Source: the human T2T-CHM13v2.0 reference genome, Homo sapiens. From it: a DNA stretch of 64,000 nt. The notes beneath the pieces were generated by a model. It was given only the letters and a program-made list of their open reading frames with translations, did not search any database and had not been told where the DNA came from. The translations under genes and the position numbers were made by a program. The stretch lies in assembly GCF_009914755.1 (NCBI RefSeq), contig NC_060927.1. One strand, written 5' to 3'. Every line of letters begins with the position of its first letter. The first letter of the stretch is position 1. Shown here piece by piece: positions 28,612 through 41,765 of this stretch.

Positions 28612-29180
28612 GTTTTAAATTTTTATTGAAGTATAACAGACATATAGAAAAGTGTACCTATCATAAGTGTACAAGCTGGTGCATTTTCATAAAGTAAACA
28701 AACCTTAACCAAACACAGGATAGTATTGCCGTCTAGAATCTCTTGTTACTAACCCTGCAACAACTACCACTTTCTGACTTCTTTTATCACTGATTAGTTT
28801 TACCTGCTTTTGAACATCATACAAGTAGAATCCTAAAGTATATAATCTTTTGTGTACGACTTCCTTCACTAAATTTATATCTGTGAGATTTGCTTATTTT
28901 TTCATGTAGTTATAGCTCATTTATTCTCATTGCTGTACTGTATTCCATTGCAATAAACATATCACAATTAATTTACACATTTTACCGTTGATGAGGATTT
29001 TCCAGTTTGGGGCTTGGCAAACAACACTGCTATAAATCTTTTTTGCACCTTTTGATAAAAAGTAAGCAATAACTTCTTCTGGTTATATGCTTAGTAGTAG
29101 AATCTGGGGGTTATATAATATGAGAAACGTTCAGCATTAGTAGATACTAACAAATATTTTACAAATAGATTGTACTATTT
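28612..29180 (-). mobile_element. Old L1M (L1MC/ME-like) 3' region
   Basis: tttttattgaagtataacagacatatagaaaagtgtac...tgaacatcatacaagtagaatc...attctcattgctgtactgtattccattg. Confidence 0.75.
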
Positions 29181-29339
29181 GTCTTTTAGTTTTTTTTTTA
29201 AGAAGCACCCATCCTGGTAATCTTACCTAATCTAGAATGACTTTCATGACACACTGACTCCTTTATACAACATATACATATTGAGAACCTTCCATGTGCA
29301 AATAATTATTAATAGCAAACTTTATGCTTTTGTATTAAA

Positions 29340-29840
<501 letters not shown>

Positions 29841-30823
29841 ACTTTGTCATGTCACTTCATTGTACGAATTCAACAATTTTTTTTCTGTCAATCCACTTGT
29901 CAGTTGTAGAACAGTTAAAGACATGGTACTTCAGAGATTATTTTGGCAATCACACCTACTCCGTCATGCTATCAGGGAGGTGACTTCTATTCATTGCTTT
30001 TTATCATTTTATTAATGGGGTAGCTGGGTACAGGAGCAGTTCAGGGCTTTCCTTTCTGAGCATGCCATGAAGTAACCTAGAGGTAAAAGGAGGCTTAACT
30101 TTTCTAGATGTCCCTGGGAAAAGCCAGAGGAAACAGGAAGGGAAATGGAGTCAGCATTGTTGAACCCGTTCAGTTTTGTTGTTTCTGACAACCCCTTATC
30201 CGACAGACTCTCTTATACCTCATCTAATTTTATAAATCGATAATCATTTTATCATCTGGAACAAAAGAAACTTTGACTAATAAAATTTAGTCTCATTGGC
30301 GAAATGGTTCTGTTTCAATAGGTTGTATAAGGGAAAAGACAGATAAATATGAATAAATAATTATTTTCACTCTAATATTGACATAGTATAAATACATTAA
30401 GTCAAATATCACTGCACACACACACAAAAATCCAGTTGTTAATTATTTATATAAAGAAAAAATTCAAGACAAAATGTACCTTTTATGACATACACATTTA
30501 CGTCAGAGTACTTAGATTAATTTAGGGTACTGAATGACAGGCTTTAATTGCACACAAAAGTACTGGAACAATCTTTTGTTTCTTTATTTACTTCTATTAT
30601 AAAATGTCTTTGTAGACTTAGCCATTAACATTTTCTGCTTTCTCAAGGAAAAGATAATTTACCCACTTAAAGATATTAGACTCTTGTGTATTGTTTTTCT
30701 CCATTTGGTACCCTTGATTCCTCCTCTGAACACTTGAGTGCTTGCAATCAGGGCACAATGACACTCACTAATAACAACTGAACCACTGCACCCGCCATAA
30801 TGCTGTGCAGCTCCCAGACTCAC

Positions 30824-30902
30824 CACCGCCGAGCCCCAGCAATGTGGAACGGCGTCCCTGTGCAGAGGCTGGCTCCCCTCCACAGCTGCATCTGTTCCCC
30901 AT
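30824..30902 (-). CDS. Candidate first coding exon, MGNRCSCGGEPASAQGRRSTLLGLGG (unverified; gene not recognised)
   Basis: ggagaATGG (A at -3, G at +4); open frame to donor GTG|gtgagt at 30824/30823; local GC/CpG enrichment in repeat-free DNA. Confidence 0.3.
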
Positions 30903-33900
30903 TCTCCCCTCAGAGCATCCACTGTGAAGCATAACCCCTGATGAACACATGTAGACCAAAACTTGGTCGTATTTTCCCCCTGAAATTCTCAGATCCTAAA
31001 ATTCTAGTTCTTTATTTCTAATACTTAGACACCACGAGCCATTGAAACAATTCTGTGGTTCAGAAGAAATCATGTTCATTTTATTTTCATTAAAAGCATT
31101 TTCCACTGACAGAAACAGTTGAAAGAGGCTGGTCTGACTTTTGTGACATACAAAATATATTTTTATTTTTGTGATAGGTGGTGAAGAAATTGAATCTTTA
31201 ATACAGACGATATGAATGCAAAGATTGTCCATTTTGGGGGAGCTGTGACACCCCCTCAATTGTATTCTTTTTCAATGCCTAGCTTCATCCCCATAGTCAA
31301 GCTTGTCTTGTTTTATCTTAATTGTACAAGAATTAAAAATATTTGGCCATCGAGGATCAAAAGACAGCATGATCCCCTTGAAATATTTGGAGATAATCCA
31401 GTAAGTCATAAATCAGAATTTTTTAACCAAACTAAATCATGAAGAAAGGATGGAATTTTCTCCCACAAACAATGGAATAATCAGATTTCTAGTGACTGTT
31501 TTGACTCTTTAGGGGCAGATTATATTGAGCCCAGGGACAGCATTCATGGAACTATATTATGGCTGGGCTCTCTCACCACTGTAATCTTACATAGCTCTTT
31601 AGAAATTGTAACAGTGTAACATGGGAGATTCCGGGAAGAAAGAAATCCATCTTTGTTCTTTAAAAAATAATCCATCTTTTTGTTCTCTCCAGTCAATAGC
31701 TCTAATGTTTTATTGGCCCAACAAAATTCACATCTGTGTATAGTCTCCTTTTTTTCTCAAGTATTATCCAACATACTTGATCGTCTAGTCTATAAACCCT
31801 CTGAGAACAGTGGGCATCACTTATACAATCCAGCAGTGACTGATGCAGCAGCAAAGTATGCAGAAAATATCCATTGAATAAGTGAATGATTAAAAGCATG
31901 AATTACAGAATTTTCCATATGCTTAGACTAGACATTTACCTTAGGAATGTCTATTATTTTAATGCCAAAATGTGAGGTATGTATAATTTAAATCATTTTT
32001 TGAAGCATGAGTTTCCAGTTGTCATCTCACAATGGCCTGCAAAGACAGACAGATGTCTGCACTGTGCTAAGAATAATCCCCGATTTACCTTTGGTCTTTT
32101 GCTCACCTCCTCTCTCACTAACAAGGTAAGTGAACTAAGAGCTGGAGTCTATTTCACACTATGTGGGTCTGGATTAGCACTGAGCTTTTGTTGGCATGGT
32201 TTTGTTTTGTAAAAGATACTAGTAGGGATGAAACAGAAGTAGAATACTGCAGGACCTTCCTACTCTTTCTCTTTGAGTTCTTTCAATTTCCCTTTTCTCC
32301 GGGTTATTTGTAATACCTGTCACCATGAGCAGATTTACCAGCAACAACCTTCACCATCCAGAAAAACCAGGTTTCTGACTCTTTCCACTGCATACCAAAT
32401 ATCACTGACATTTCTCTTAAGCATTAACAGTCAGCTTTCTGCGTCTGTGTGGTGTATCTGCCCTCCCTCCTCCCCTGCTTTTAATAGTAGAAATTAGGTA
32501 TAAAGCTCAGTGTTTATATTAACTTCATCATTACCTCTCAGAGGAGTCAGATGATCAGTCAACTAACATATAAAGGGAGCAGAATGTCTTTGGGGACAAG
32601 ATATAATATTAATTACTGGGGTGTACTTCCTGTTCCCTTTGTAATATCCATATGCAGCCCTTGTCAAGTGCCTCTACTGGAGCCTGGAGGGATGCTCATC
32701 ACTCTGCAAGCAGGAATTTGGCTGAGATTACCATCTACATAGTCAGAAAAGCCTCTCAGCAGCAGAAGGGCTATTTGTGTGTGCAGTTTCCTGCACATGG
32801 GCTGTGGGTTACCTGTGAGCATCAGCCAGTTAAGGCCACATGCCAGTGAGGAGACTCAAGTCTTCACTTCCTTCCACAGATGGGTATAGACACAGATCTG
32901 AAACACAGGGGATTTGAAGCATGCAGGGTTGTACCAACAAAGATAACGGTCCCTCACAAATAACTGAGCCCTCTCCAGGCAGCTCAAGCCAACAATACGT
33001 TTTATGTGTCTTTCATTTTTATAAGGCACTGGCGAGTTCTAAAAAAAAAAAAGAAAGAAAGAAAGAAAAAACAACTGGCAAAACAGAGAAGAGGCCATGC
33101 AAAGCTACAGAACAGCAGCTTGATGCTTCTCCCAAATAGGCAAGCAGAGCTTTAAATCACTGCAAAGCTTGCTATTTACTTATTTCATTTGTTTTCTGTT
33201 CGAATTTGCCCAAAATATTGACCCAGCAAAGGAAGTGACTGGAGAGCACAAGTCAGGCTTTCTCATTAGCTCTTTCTAAATCTTCATGGCCCTACAAAAA
33301 TCTTTATTTGTGCGTTCTGAAAATGGCAAGAGATACGTATTGTATATTCAAATAATATAGCAGTAAAACCAAGATTCGAGGGTTGTTAATCTCAAACATA
33401 TTATGGGATTGCAGCGCAACTAAGGTACTGAGTGTCTCCATTTTAATTACCAGGGTTGGCAGAGGAATCCAATTATGTTGCTGTGTCCCCAACATAACCC
33501 TTTCTCTTTGTTTTCTGCTTGCCTATTCTAAGCATGTTTTGATCACCTTTGTTTATTTTTTTGTTTGCTGCATTTTATTTTCTACTATGCAGTTCTCCTG
33601 TTCTAATTTGAGACATATTTTTGGAGGTTTTATTCTCATCAAGAGTTGCTCATCATCCTCTTGCAAGCATAAAATGTTTCATGTTAAGAATTTTTTTTTC
33701 TTTTATCATTCCCTAGTGGAATTGAGGCAATGAGGATGACTGGCTTCCCATATGTGCCAGACCATTGTTTGAATCTGGTGGTTATAGGCATGGGTTGCAC
33801 AAATTAATCTATCGCTGAGCTTCTGACATCACTGGGAAATTTCAGACTAGAAGCAAATTTTTTTCCACTCGAATTCTTAGTATATAAGTAAGAAAAAATG

Positions 33901-34059
33901 CATGGCCTTTCTGCTTTTAAAATATTTCACACCCTATTACCTATAAGATCTCAGGATAGAGAAAAATATTACACATTTTTCAATCAAAATTATCACTCAT
34001 ATTCATAGTTGGCCACAGTCATTGTCTGCATAGATTAAGGACAAATCAATCACTAAGTT

Positions 34060-34720
34060 CTTTCCATTCTACTCTCCTTTATCTCTGGAATCCACTCTTT
34101 CATTCCTGTTCCTTACTGCGACTACCCTCGTTCTTCTGTAAATATTTTAATAATTTCCTGACTATTCTCTGTTTCCACTCTCTCTTTGCTCTCTCCCTCA
34201 CTACCACTTACACGCTAAAAGCACACACATGGCCATCTTAATTTCCTTCTGAAAAATCTTACATGGTTTTCTGCTACCCACACACTATTATTCATTCTCT
34301 TCATTGAACATTCAACATTTCTCTGGCCTGCCACCAAGCTAACATTTCTACCGACAGGCTTATTTTCTCATATGCTGCACTTCTGTCGAACTGCATTATT
34401 GACCCTGCTTAAATATAAAATATGCTTTTATATCACTGCTTTAAAAAATTTCCTGTGCTCTATAATTAGCCAAGAATCTAGTCTTTCTTCCATTTTCATA
34501 TATTACAATCTCATCTTTCAGGATTAAGCACAATTATTACTATTGTCCTACTCATAGTCATTGAAGTCTCTGCCACAATACTTTTTTATAACATAACATT
34601 TTGTACTTGTTTTGTCTTCATTACGTAAATATTTATCTCCTCTACAGCTTATAGTCTGTGGTCTATGTTTTACACGTTGTATCTCTTCAGTTGCCTTAGG
34701 ACTGTGGCCTTCATACAGGT
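34060..34720 (+). mobile_element. L2 fragments
   Basis: tctctggaatccactcttt...aataatttcctgact...cttacatggttttctgctac...; diverged. Confidence 0.5.
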
Positions 34721-34721
34721 G

Positions 34722-35530
34722 CTCATTCTTTCATTCAACAAATACGTATTGAGTTACTCAGTAACAGATGCTATGCTAAATGCTGAGGATGTAGCAGTGA
34801 ATTTAACACACTTGTGCTTGAAATATATATTCTATTGAAGAAAAACAAGTAAACGAAAGAAATTAGTAAATATATGAGCTATGGAAGAAAGCAAGCCTGG
34901 GAAAGCAGTATAAAAATTAAGAAGGGTGCCCCTGTACTCCAGCCTGCTTGACAGACTCAGACCTTGTCTCAAAAAAAACAAAAAATTGAGAAGGGTGGAA
35001 TATAATTATTGATAGGCTGGCCAGGGAAGGAGACATTTTAGAAAGTAAGACGCCTGTAGAAAGTGGGAGAAAAGGTCACTAGGGAGGGACATTGCAAGCT
35101 GATGGGTTAGCATGTACAAAAGCTCTATGAAGGAGCTGCTAATGGTGAAAGAGAAAGGAGGAGAAGGGTAGGAGAAGAGGTGAAATCATACAGTGAGTTG
35201 GGTATACAGTAGTAAGCAATCATAAAGTACTCTGTAGTTAATTGTAAGAACACTGGTTTTAATCTAAATAATATGGCAGATTATGGAAGGTTTGAGCCGT
35301 AAAGGAAAATTATATCAATTATGTTTTAGAGCCTCACACCAGCTTCTGCCATTAGAACGGATTGAAGGAGGCCAAGAGTGGGACCAGTGAGAACAATTGC
35401 AATTTTATGAAGATTTGGACCAGGGCGATGTAGTGGGTGTGGTGAGTTCTGGAACAAACTGTATAGGATCCTTATTAATCTTCTTTCTAGCCAATAGTAT
35501 GAAGGCATAAGAAAAGGTTAGATATACACT
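34722..35530 (-). mobile_element. L2 fragment (3' end)
   Basis: tcattctttcattcaacaaatacgtattgag...gctaaatgctgaggatgtagcagtgaa. Confidence 0.75.
34929..34980 (+). mobile_element. Severely 5'-truncated Alu (about 42 nt plus A tail)
   Basis: ctgtactccagcctgcttgacagactcagaccttgtctcaaaaaaaa; 17-bp TSD aaaaatt(a/g)agaagggtg at 34912-34928 and 34981-34997. Confidence 0.85.
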
Positions 35531-36540
35531 CCATGGTCTTGAAAATAAGTGAGGGACTCCTTGCCTATTATAACGATGCCCTGAATGACAAAGTTAACTA
35601 ATTATTATACAGTGTGACCTAAATCAAATTAAGATGACAAGAAGAAAGTTGAGAAGAAGGATTAAGAGGAATAGAAAGGGGGAGGGGGATGAGAAAAAGA
35701 AGAGCCTTTCCAACTCTTTTTGCACTGACCCAAGAGTTCCACTTATTCAAGACTGGATATAGTTAATAGTAGAATATAGTGTATGGCAAATTTATATAGC
35801 TTCTTTAATGGATTGTTTTCTTCAGATTTTTTTATCCTCCAAGAACAAGCTTCTTAAAAGAAAAGGTAAATTACTTTGATTTTATCCTTACAACTAAGAG
35901 TTTTTTTTTTTTAAAGTTTTAGGATGTAGAAATTATCTTTCCTTGGCTGCTCATCAATTCTGTCATATGTTTATCAATAAAAACACAAGTCTTAATAAGC
36001 ACCTACTGCATACAAGACATCATTCTCCACATTTAAGGCAGTCTTACAGGATACTACAATGCAGCTGGGAAGTCAAATTATTACATGTGTTCTAAATAGG
36101 GTTATGGTTCAATTATTAATGATTAAAAGAGAAAACAAAAAATAAACAATATATAACCAACTAGTTGTTTCTTATATGCAGAAAAGAAAACTTACTGTTT
36201 CTAAATAAGGACCACCTATTGTGTTGATGTAATTAATATAATAGTAAAGATTTTATTGAAGAATGAGTATAGATTAGATAGAATGAGAAAAAGGAGTCCA
36301 GGTGTAGATGAGGTATAAATAAGTTCAAGGAGGAGTGTTTAAGTAATAAATGATCTAGAATGGATCACATAGGTGGGAATAGGAGAAAAAGAAGACTGTA
36401 AAGAAGGTTTAGCTCTAATAATTACGGATTTTACATCCAAGTGAATAAAGCATAAAGTTGGACATTAGCCAAGGGAACATGAAGAGCTGCTAAAAGTTTT
36501 TAGAAAGTATAAGAAGAAAGTTGAAATGATGAAAGCTTCA

Positions 36541-36853
36541 TTTTATTTTTATATATTTTTCCCTTTATTTTTAATTAACATATTAAACAGGCACATACTT
36601 ACTGTATACAGAATAATGCTTTGAAATATGTATACATTGTGGAATGGCTAAATAAAGCTAATCAGCATACACATTACCTCACATATTAATCATTCTTTGT
36701 AGTGAGAACACTTAAAATATATTCTCTTAGACATTTTTAAATATGTGATACATTTTAATAACTGTAGCCACCATGTTGTGCAATAGCTCTCTTGAACATA
36801 TTCCCCCAGGTAGCTACCATTTTACTCTCTGCTTCTATGAGTTCAACTTTATA
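36541..36853 (-). mobile_element. Truncated L1MA-type 3' end with TSDs
   Basis: tatacattgtggaatggctaaa...cattacctcacata...gtgagaacacttaaaat...actgtagccaccatgttgtgcaatag; TSD aaagcttca(t/c)tttat at 36532-36546 and 36854-36868. Confidence 0.85.
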
Positions 36854-37171
36854 AAAGCTTCACTTTATAAAGATCAACAAGGAAGCCATGTAAAAAATGG
36901 ATTGGAGGGGAGAGGAAGTTCTGAGACCACATAAAATTAAACGTTGACAATTCTGAGACCTCACTAAGAGTCTAACTATATATGTCTATAAGTCTCCTGT
37001 CTTATATAATGCTCCTGCACTTCTCTTTTAACATCTACATTGGTATTCCATTGCAATCATAAATGAAATGAACAACATCCGGGCTGAATCAATACCACTA
37101 TTCCATTTGTAGGCCACATACTTTTTTTTTTTTTTTTTTTGGACAGAGTCTCGCTCTGTTGTGTAGACCAC
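36748..37171 (+). repeat. Left arm of ~420-bp inverted duplication
   Basis: Reverse complement of 38280-38700; about 16 differences over ~375 non-polyA bp by manual alignment. Confidence 0.97.
37122..37161 (-). mobile_element. Micro-Alu (about 21 nt of Alu 3' end plus A19)
   Basis: T19-ggacagagtctcgctctgttg flanked by TSD tgtag(g/a)ccacatactt at 37108-37123 and 37162-37177. Confidence 0.85.
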
Positions 37172-38279
37172 ATACTTGGCATATAACTTTGATTAAACAG
37201 TTGCTTTGTCATCTCAAAGCCAGTAAATAAAAGTTAGCACAACATTTATGATAGAGCTTTCCTGTCATTTTATAATCTTGGATAAAACCACAAAGCTTAT
37301 AATATTGGGTGCTAAGTATTCCACAATCCAAAGAGAGGTACTACATTCATTATGGTGTGGCCAGATAAAAGAAAGCTGAACTGGCTCCGTACTATTTTTT
37401 ACTTGCAACCTATAAAGATCAAGGCTACAGATGTATTGGTGAGAAGAGCGTTTCCTGAAGTGAGGAAATGTAGGTGTAAAGACCGCTGTCAGGATTTTCC
37501 TCCGCTCCTGCAGATGGCCCTATGGCAAATCTGAAGGCTCTAAAAAACCCTTGGAAATTGAGACAAATTGGAGTCAAGAAGAAACTGACTTTTTACTCCT
37601 TAGCTGCAGAAAACCAGAAATGGGCCTCATGCTTCTACCAGGGTGGGGAGCGTTGTGATATCTTAGCAGAGCTTGTTCTGTCACCCCTGGAGTTTTGACA
37701 GCAAAGAGAGACTGCAGCCTGGATTTCATAATATAAGTCTGAAGCTGGGAGGAGGCTTGGAACACCCATACAAAGAGCAGAAAGGCCACAGTAGAAACAG
37801 GCTAAAATTCTACAATTTGACAAACAAGGAAGTTTGAGGTCCTTTGAACCAAGTGGGTACTGTGGAAGTTAGCTAGGATGAGGTCATTCTGAAAGTACTA
37901 CCCTACTTACCCCCTTATAAAAAAATTATGACTTGCCATGGTGAAGACTTTGTGTGATGTTCTGTCAGAGGTACTAGTTGAGAACAAACTCCAAAAGGTC
38001 AATTCAAGATTATCACATTATCGTCAGAGAATATGTAATATTGAAAGGCACTGTGGGGTAGATAGACAAGGGTGATCCATAAAAATTCTAACAGCACATA
38101 CTTCATAAAAGTTTGAAAGTCTTCATGTCTGCCATGACAGAGGGGAATAATCTGCCAGTTATTGCTACCTAAGAATTGCCAATAGTTCCACCTAATAAAA
38201 AAGAACTTTTCTTTCTTCTCCTTTTAATCTTCTTCATTATGTTTGGTTTTTGGAAGAACCATGAAGATGAGAAGGAAGA

Positions 38280-38700
38280 GTGGCCTACATAACAGAGCGA
38301 GACTGTGTCTCAAAAAAAAAAAAAAATGTATGTGGCCTACAAATGGAATCGTGGTATTGATTCAGCCTGGATGTTGTTCATTTCATTTATGATTGCAATG
38401 GAATACCAATGTAGGCATTAATAAAGAAGTGCAGGAGCATTATATAAGACAGGAGACTTATAGACCCATATAGTTAGACTCTTAGTGAGGTCTCAAAATT
38501 GTCAACATTTAATTTTATGTGGTCTCAGAACTTCCTCTCGCCTCCAATCCATTTTTCACATGGCTTCCTTGTTGATCTTTATAAAGTGAAGCTTTTATAA
38601 AGTTGAACTCATAGAAGCAGAAAGTAAAATGGTAGCTACCTGGGGGAATATGTTCAAGAGAGCTATTGCACAACATGGTGGCTACAGTTAATAAATGTAT
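38280..38700 (-). repeat. Right arm of ~420-bp inverted duplication (derived copy)
   Basis: Begins inside the micro-Alu TSD and ends in the middle of the L1MA fragment. Confidence 0.97.
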
Positions 38701-40419
38701 ATATAGAGAGAGTTTAGTCTACAATAAAAGGAAAGAGAAGAAAAGTAATCCAAGGAAGAGAAAACAAAGCAACAAGTTGTGATAATAGTAGTAGTAAAAT
38801 TTAACATATAAAGTCCAAAAAAAAAGCTGAAATTAAATCAGATTGTGATTTCAGATTTGGAGTGTATAGAGTATATTGTTTTATGAAGTTATAATGTTTT
38901 GTTTTCTTATTTATCAGAATGTCTATGAACATACTATAATTTGCATCCCACTAGTTATAATCAGCTCATCTTTGATGTGAGATATGTCATTTTTTCTTAG
39001 AACATTGTGCCCTCAAGTCACATGTATTATACTTCTGGTCCCACCACAAAGCCTTTGGAATACAGAGTGCTATTGAATTGGATTTCCATTTGGATTTCTT
39101 CCAAAGCCTTTGCTTTGAGAGCAGCATATGAAATAACAAAATTGGCATGGGCTGGTTTAACTCCATGCCTAACCGTTGTTTTCTGTTGATGATAGTGTGT
39201 GGGATAGTTGAAAATGCAATCCACAATGTTGCTTTTCTATGCAGACAAATTACATTATATATAATTTAGCATTTATCTTCAGTTATATTCTGAAGCTTCA
39301 CACATTTCAGTAAACATCTCTCTTATAGCTTATGATAGATAATTGATAACAATAGAGGACTGAAAATAAAGAAGCAGAAATGATTGCACTCATTTACTCG
39401 CTAGCACACAATAGCCAACCTTGGATTTTTCTCCTTCATAGTTTTCTGGCAAAGGCGGTAATGTGAGATAACAGTTTGTTCAAAAGCATTCAAATAGAAA
39501 TAAGATAAATGTGTTCAAGAAAAGAGAGAAGACAAGCATGGAGGCAACATGGTAACCATGTAGGGGGGCACTCAGAGTAGGAGAAGTGGTGTCAAAGGAG
39601 GCAAGACCAAAATCAAGTAAAGTTTAGAGGCATATACAAAAATTTGTATTGCGTTTTAAGTGTGTATCTAAAGTACTGGAGAAATTTGAGCAGGGGTGGT
39701 ATACAATAATGATTTACATTTTTTTATATCACCCTGCATGGAAGATAAGACCATAGTGGGAGAAACTCGATACATGTATTAGTTAAGTGTCTATTGAACT
39801 ATTTTGGTTTGTAGAATAGTGAAAGAGAAAATAGCATTCAGAAATATGACTAGTATAGATTATAAATCATATGGTTAATTGTATTTATATCATTAGTAAT
39901 TCTGATAACTCATATTTCTGGTATGATATTTTCCTCTAAGTATCCTAAATAGCAGTTTGGAGTATACTTAGCAAGAGTATTTTTTAAAAATACATGAGCC
40001 CAAGATAGATAAAGGCATATGTATTTTTATATCTATGAGTTTTTAAAAAGTTAATGGAAGAATTGGATTGAGTAGGCAAAAACTTGAAAGTTTAACCGTG
40101 CATTGTACTCAGAACATCTTTTTCTAAGTTTAAGCAAGAATTTAGCATTTACTAAATTTTATGAGGTTTGCTATTCTATTCTAAGAAAGCTGTTATGATA
40201 TTAGAGTAATAACCCTGAACTAGGTGCTAAGAACCTGATTTCTAATCGAAGAGCTGCTATTAAATGTTTGATTTGAAGGACCTAGTGTTCATTCAGGATA
40301 TTTTTAACTCAAATATTCTATGATAATCATTGTAACTTTAAACGATACAGATAGAACTAAGGAGCATAATTAACTGTATTATCCAATGTTATTGAGAATA
40401 ATTGTTAGCCATTACTAAA

Positions 40420-40603
40420 GTGTAATACATATATTACATATATTTATATTTTACATATATTTATATATAAACGTATACTAATATTTTGTATAAAATACAG
40501 AAGATAATATGTATAATATAAAGTATATAAATATTTTTATATAATATTCATATATAAAAATATATAAACAGATATATTAATATAAATTTATGTACATATA
40601 TAA
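40420..40603. repeat. (TA)-rich low-complexity tract
   Basis: Seen directly. Confidence 0.85.
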
Positions 40604-40708
40604 AAGATATGGGGTCTTGCTATGTTGCCCAGGCTGCTGGCCTCTAACTTCTGGACTCAAACAATTCTCCCATTTCAGCCTCCTGAGTAGATGGGGTTAT
40701 GGGCACGT
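40604..40708 (-). mobile_element. Alu monomer (FLAM/AluJ-like fragment)
   Basis: ggggtcttgctatgttgcccaggctg...aacttctggactcaaacaattctcccatttcagcctcctgagtag. Confidence 0.8.
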
Positions 40709-40749
40709 AAAATGTTGGTACAATGTGAACTTTTAAAAATCTTTTTGAA

Positions 40750-41100
40750 TTTCCACTTTGGGAAGAGGGAGTAAACATACTTTACCTTATGCCTTCCACT
40801 AAGTATAACTAATAGCTCTGGCCAGTATATAGAAAACAAGCATAAGAAGACTCTAAAAGTTTAGAAAAAAGGCAGACCAAGTAGGGAACTTGGGACCCAA
40901 GGAAAGAGGATGCTGAGTTCTTTGTGGTTTTTTTGTTCGTTTGTTTCGTATATGCCAGCTTAAGAAGCTGGCAATCCACAAATGGCAATGGGTACAAACA
41001 ACAAAAAAAAAGGTTCTAACAAAACTCTGCTCTCTGTAGTCAAAGGGCTAGTAAAGAAGCAGCTTAGCAAGATAGAAAACTTTTATATAATAATCAATAT
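40750..41100 (+). mobile_element. Probable old L1M 5' UTR fragment
   Basis: ttccactttgggaagagggagta...aaacaagcataagaagactctaaaag...gggacccaagg resembles L1MC/MD 5' ends. Confidence 0.4.
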
Positions 41101-41350
41101 AATTGGCAAAAATTCACCAAGCCATTTTAACTAATAAAGAACAAACACACACAAACTTGTGCGTGTGTGTGTGTGTGTATATGTGCTTATAGACCCATGT
41201 ATTCAGAGCCTCCAAAATCTGCAATGGATGAAATGTCCATACAATTAAATAATCAAATTGTAGTTAATTTTAAATCTGCAACATGGCTGTATCATAGAGG
41301 AAATCAACTGATCAAGGCACATCATTGTTTTAAATGTTCCTGCTGCTACT

Positions 41351-41765
41351 TGTATTATATTTGGTCATTCTTGCATTGCTATAAAGAAATACCTGAGACT
41401 AGGTAATTTATAAAGAAAAGAGGTTGAATCGGCTCACAGTTCCCCAGGTGGTACAGGAAGCATGGTTCCAGCAACTGCTTGACTTCTCGGGAGGCCTCAG
41501 GAGCTTTTACTCATGGTGGAATGCGAAGCAGGAGCAGGCACATGACATGGCAAAAAAGGGGAGCAAGAGATCAGGGGAGGAGGTGCCACACATTAAAAAA
41601 AAAAAAACGGATATCCTGAGAACTCACTCACTGTCAGGAGGAAAGCACTAAACCATGAAGGATCATCCTCCGTAATCCAAATACTTCCAACCAGGCCCCA
41701 CTTCCAACACTAGAAATTAAAATTCAACATGAGATTAGGCAGCGACATATATTCAAACTATATCA
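41351..41765 (-). mobile_element. MaLR solo LTR (MSTA-like)
   Basis: cattcttgcattgctataaagaaatacctgagactaggtaatttataaagaaaagagg...ccaggccccacttccaacact...caaactatatca. Confidence 0.92.

Noticed and set aside
30780-30920. CpG island
   Set aside because: Too short and too few CpGs for a canonical island; kept only as supporting context for the candidate exon
36748-38700. DNA transposon with long terminal inverted repeats
   Set aside because: Arms are made of L1 and Alu pieces, the left arm is continuous with its flanks, and there is no outer TSD or transposase remnant in the spacer
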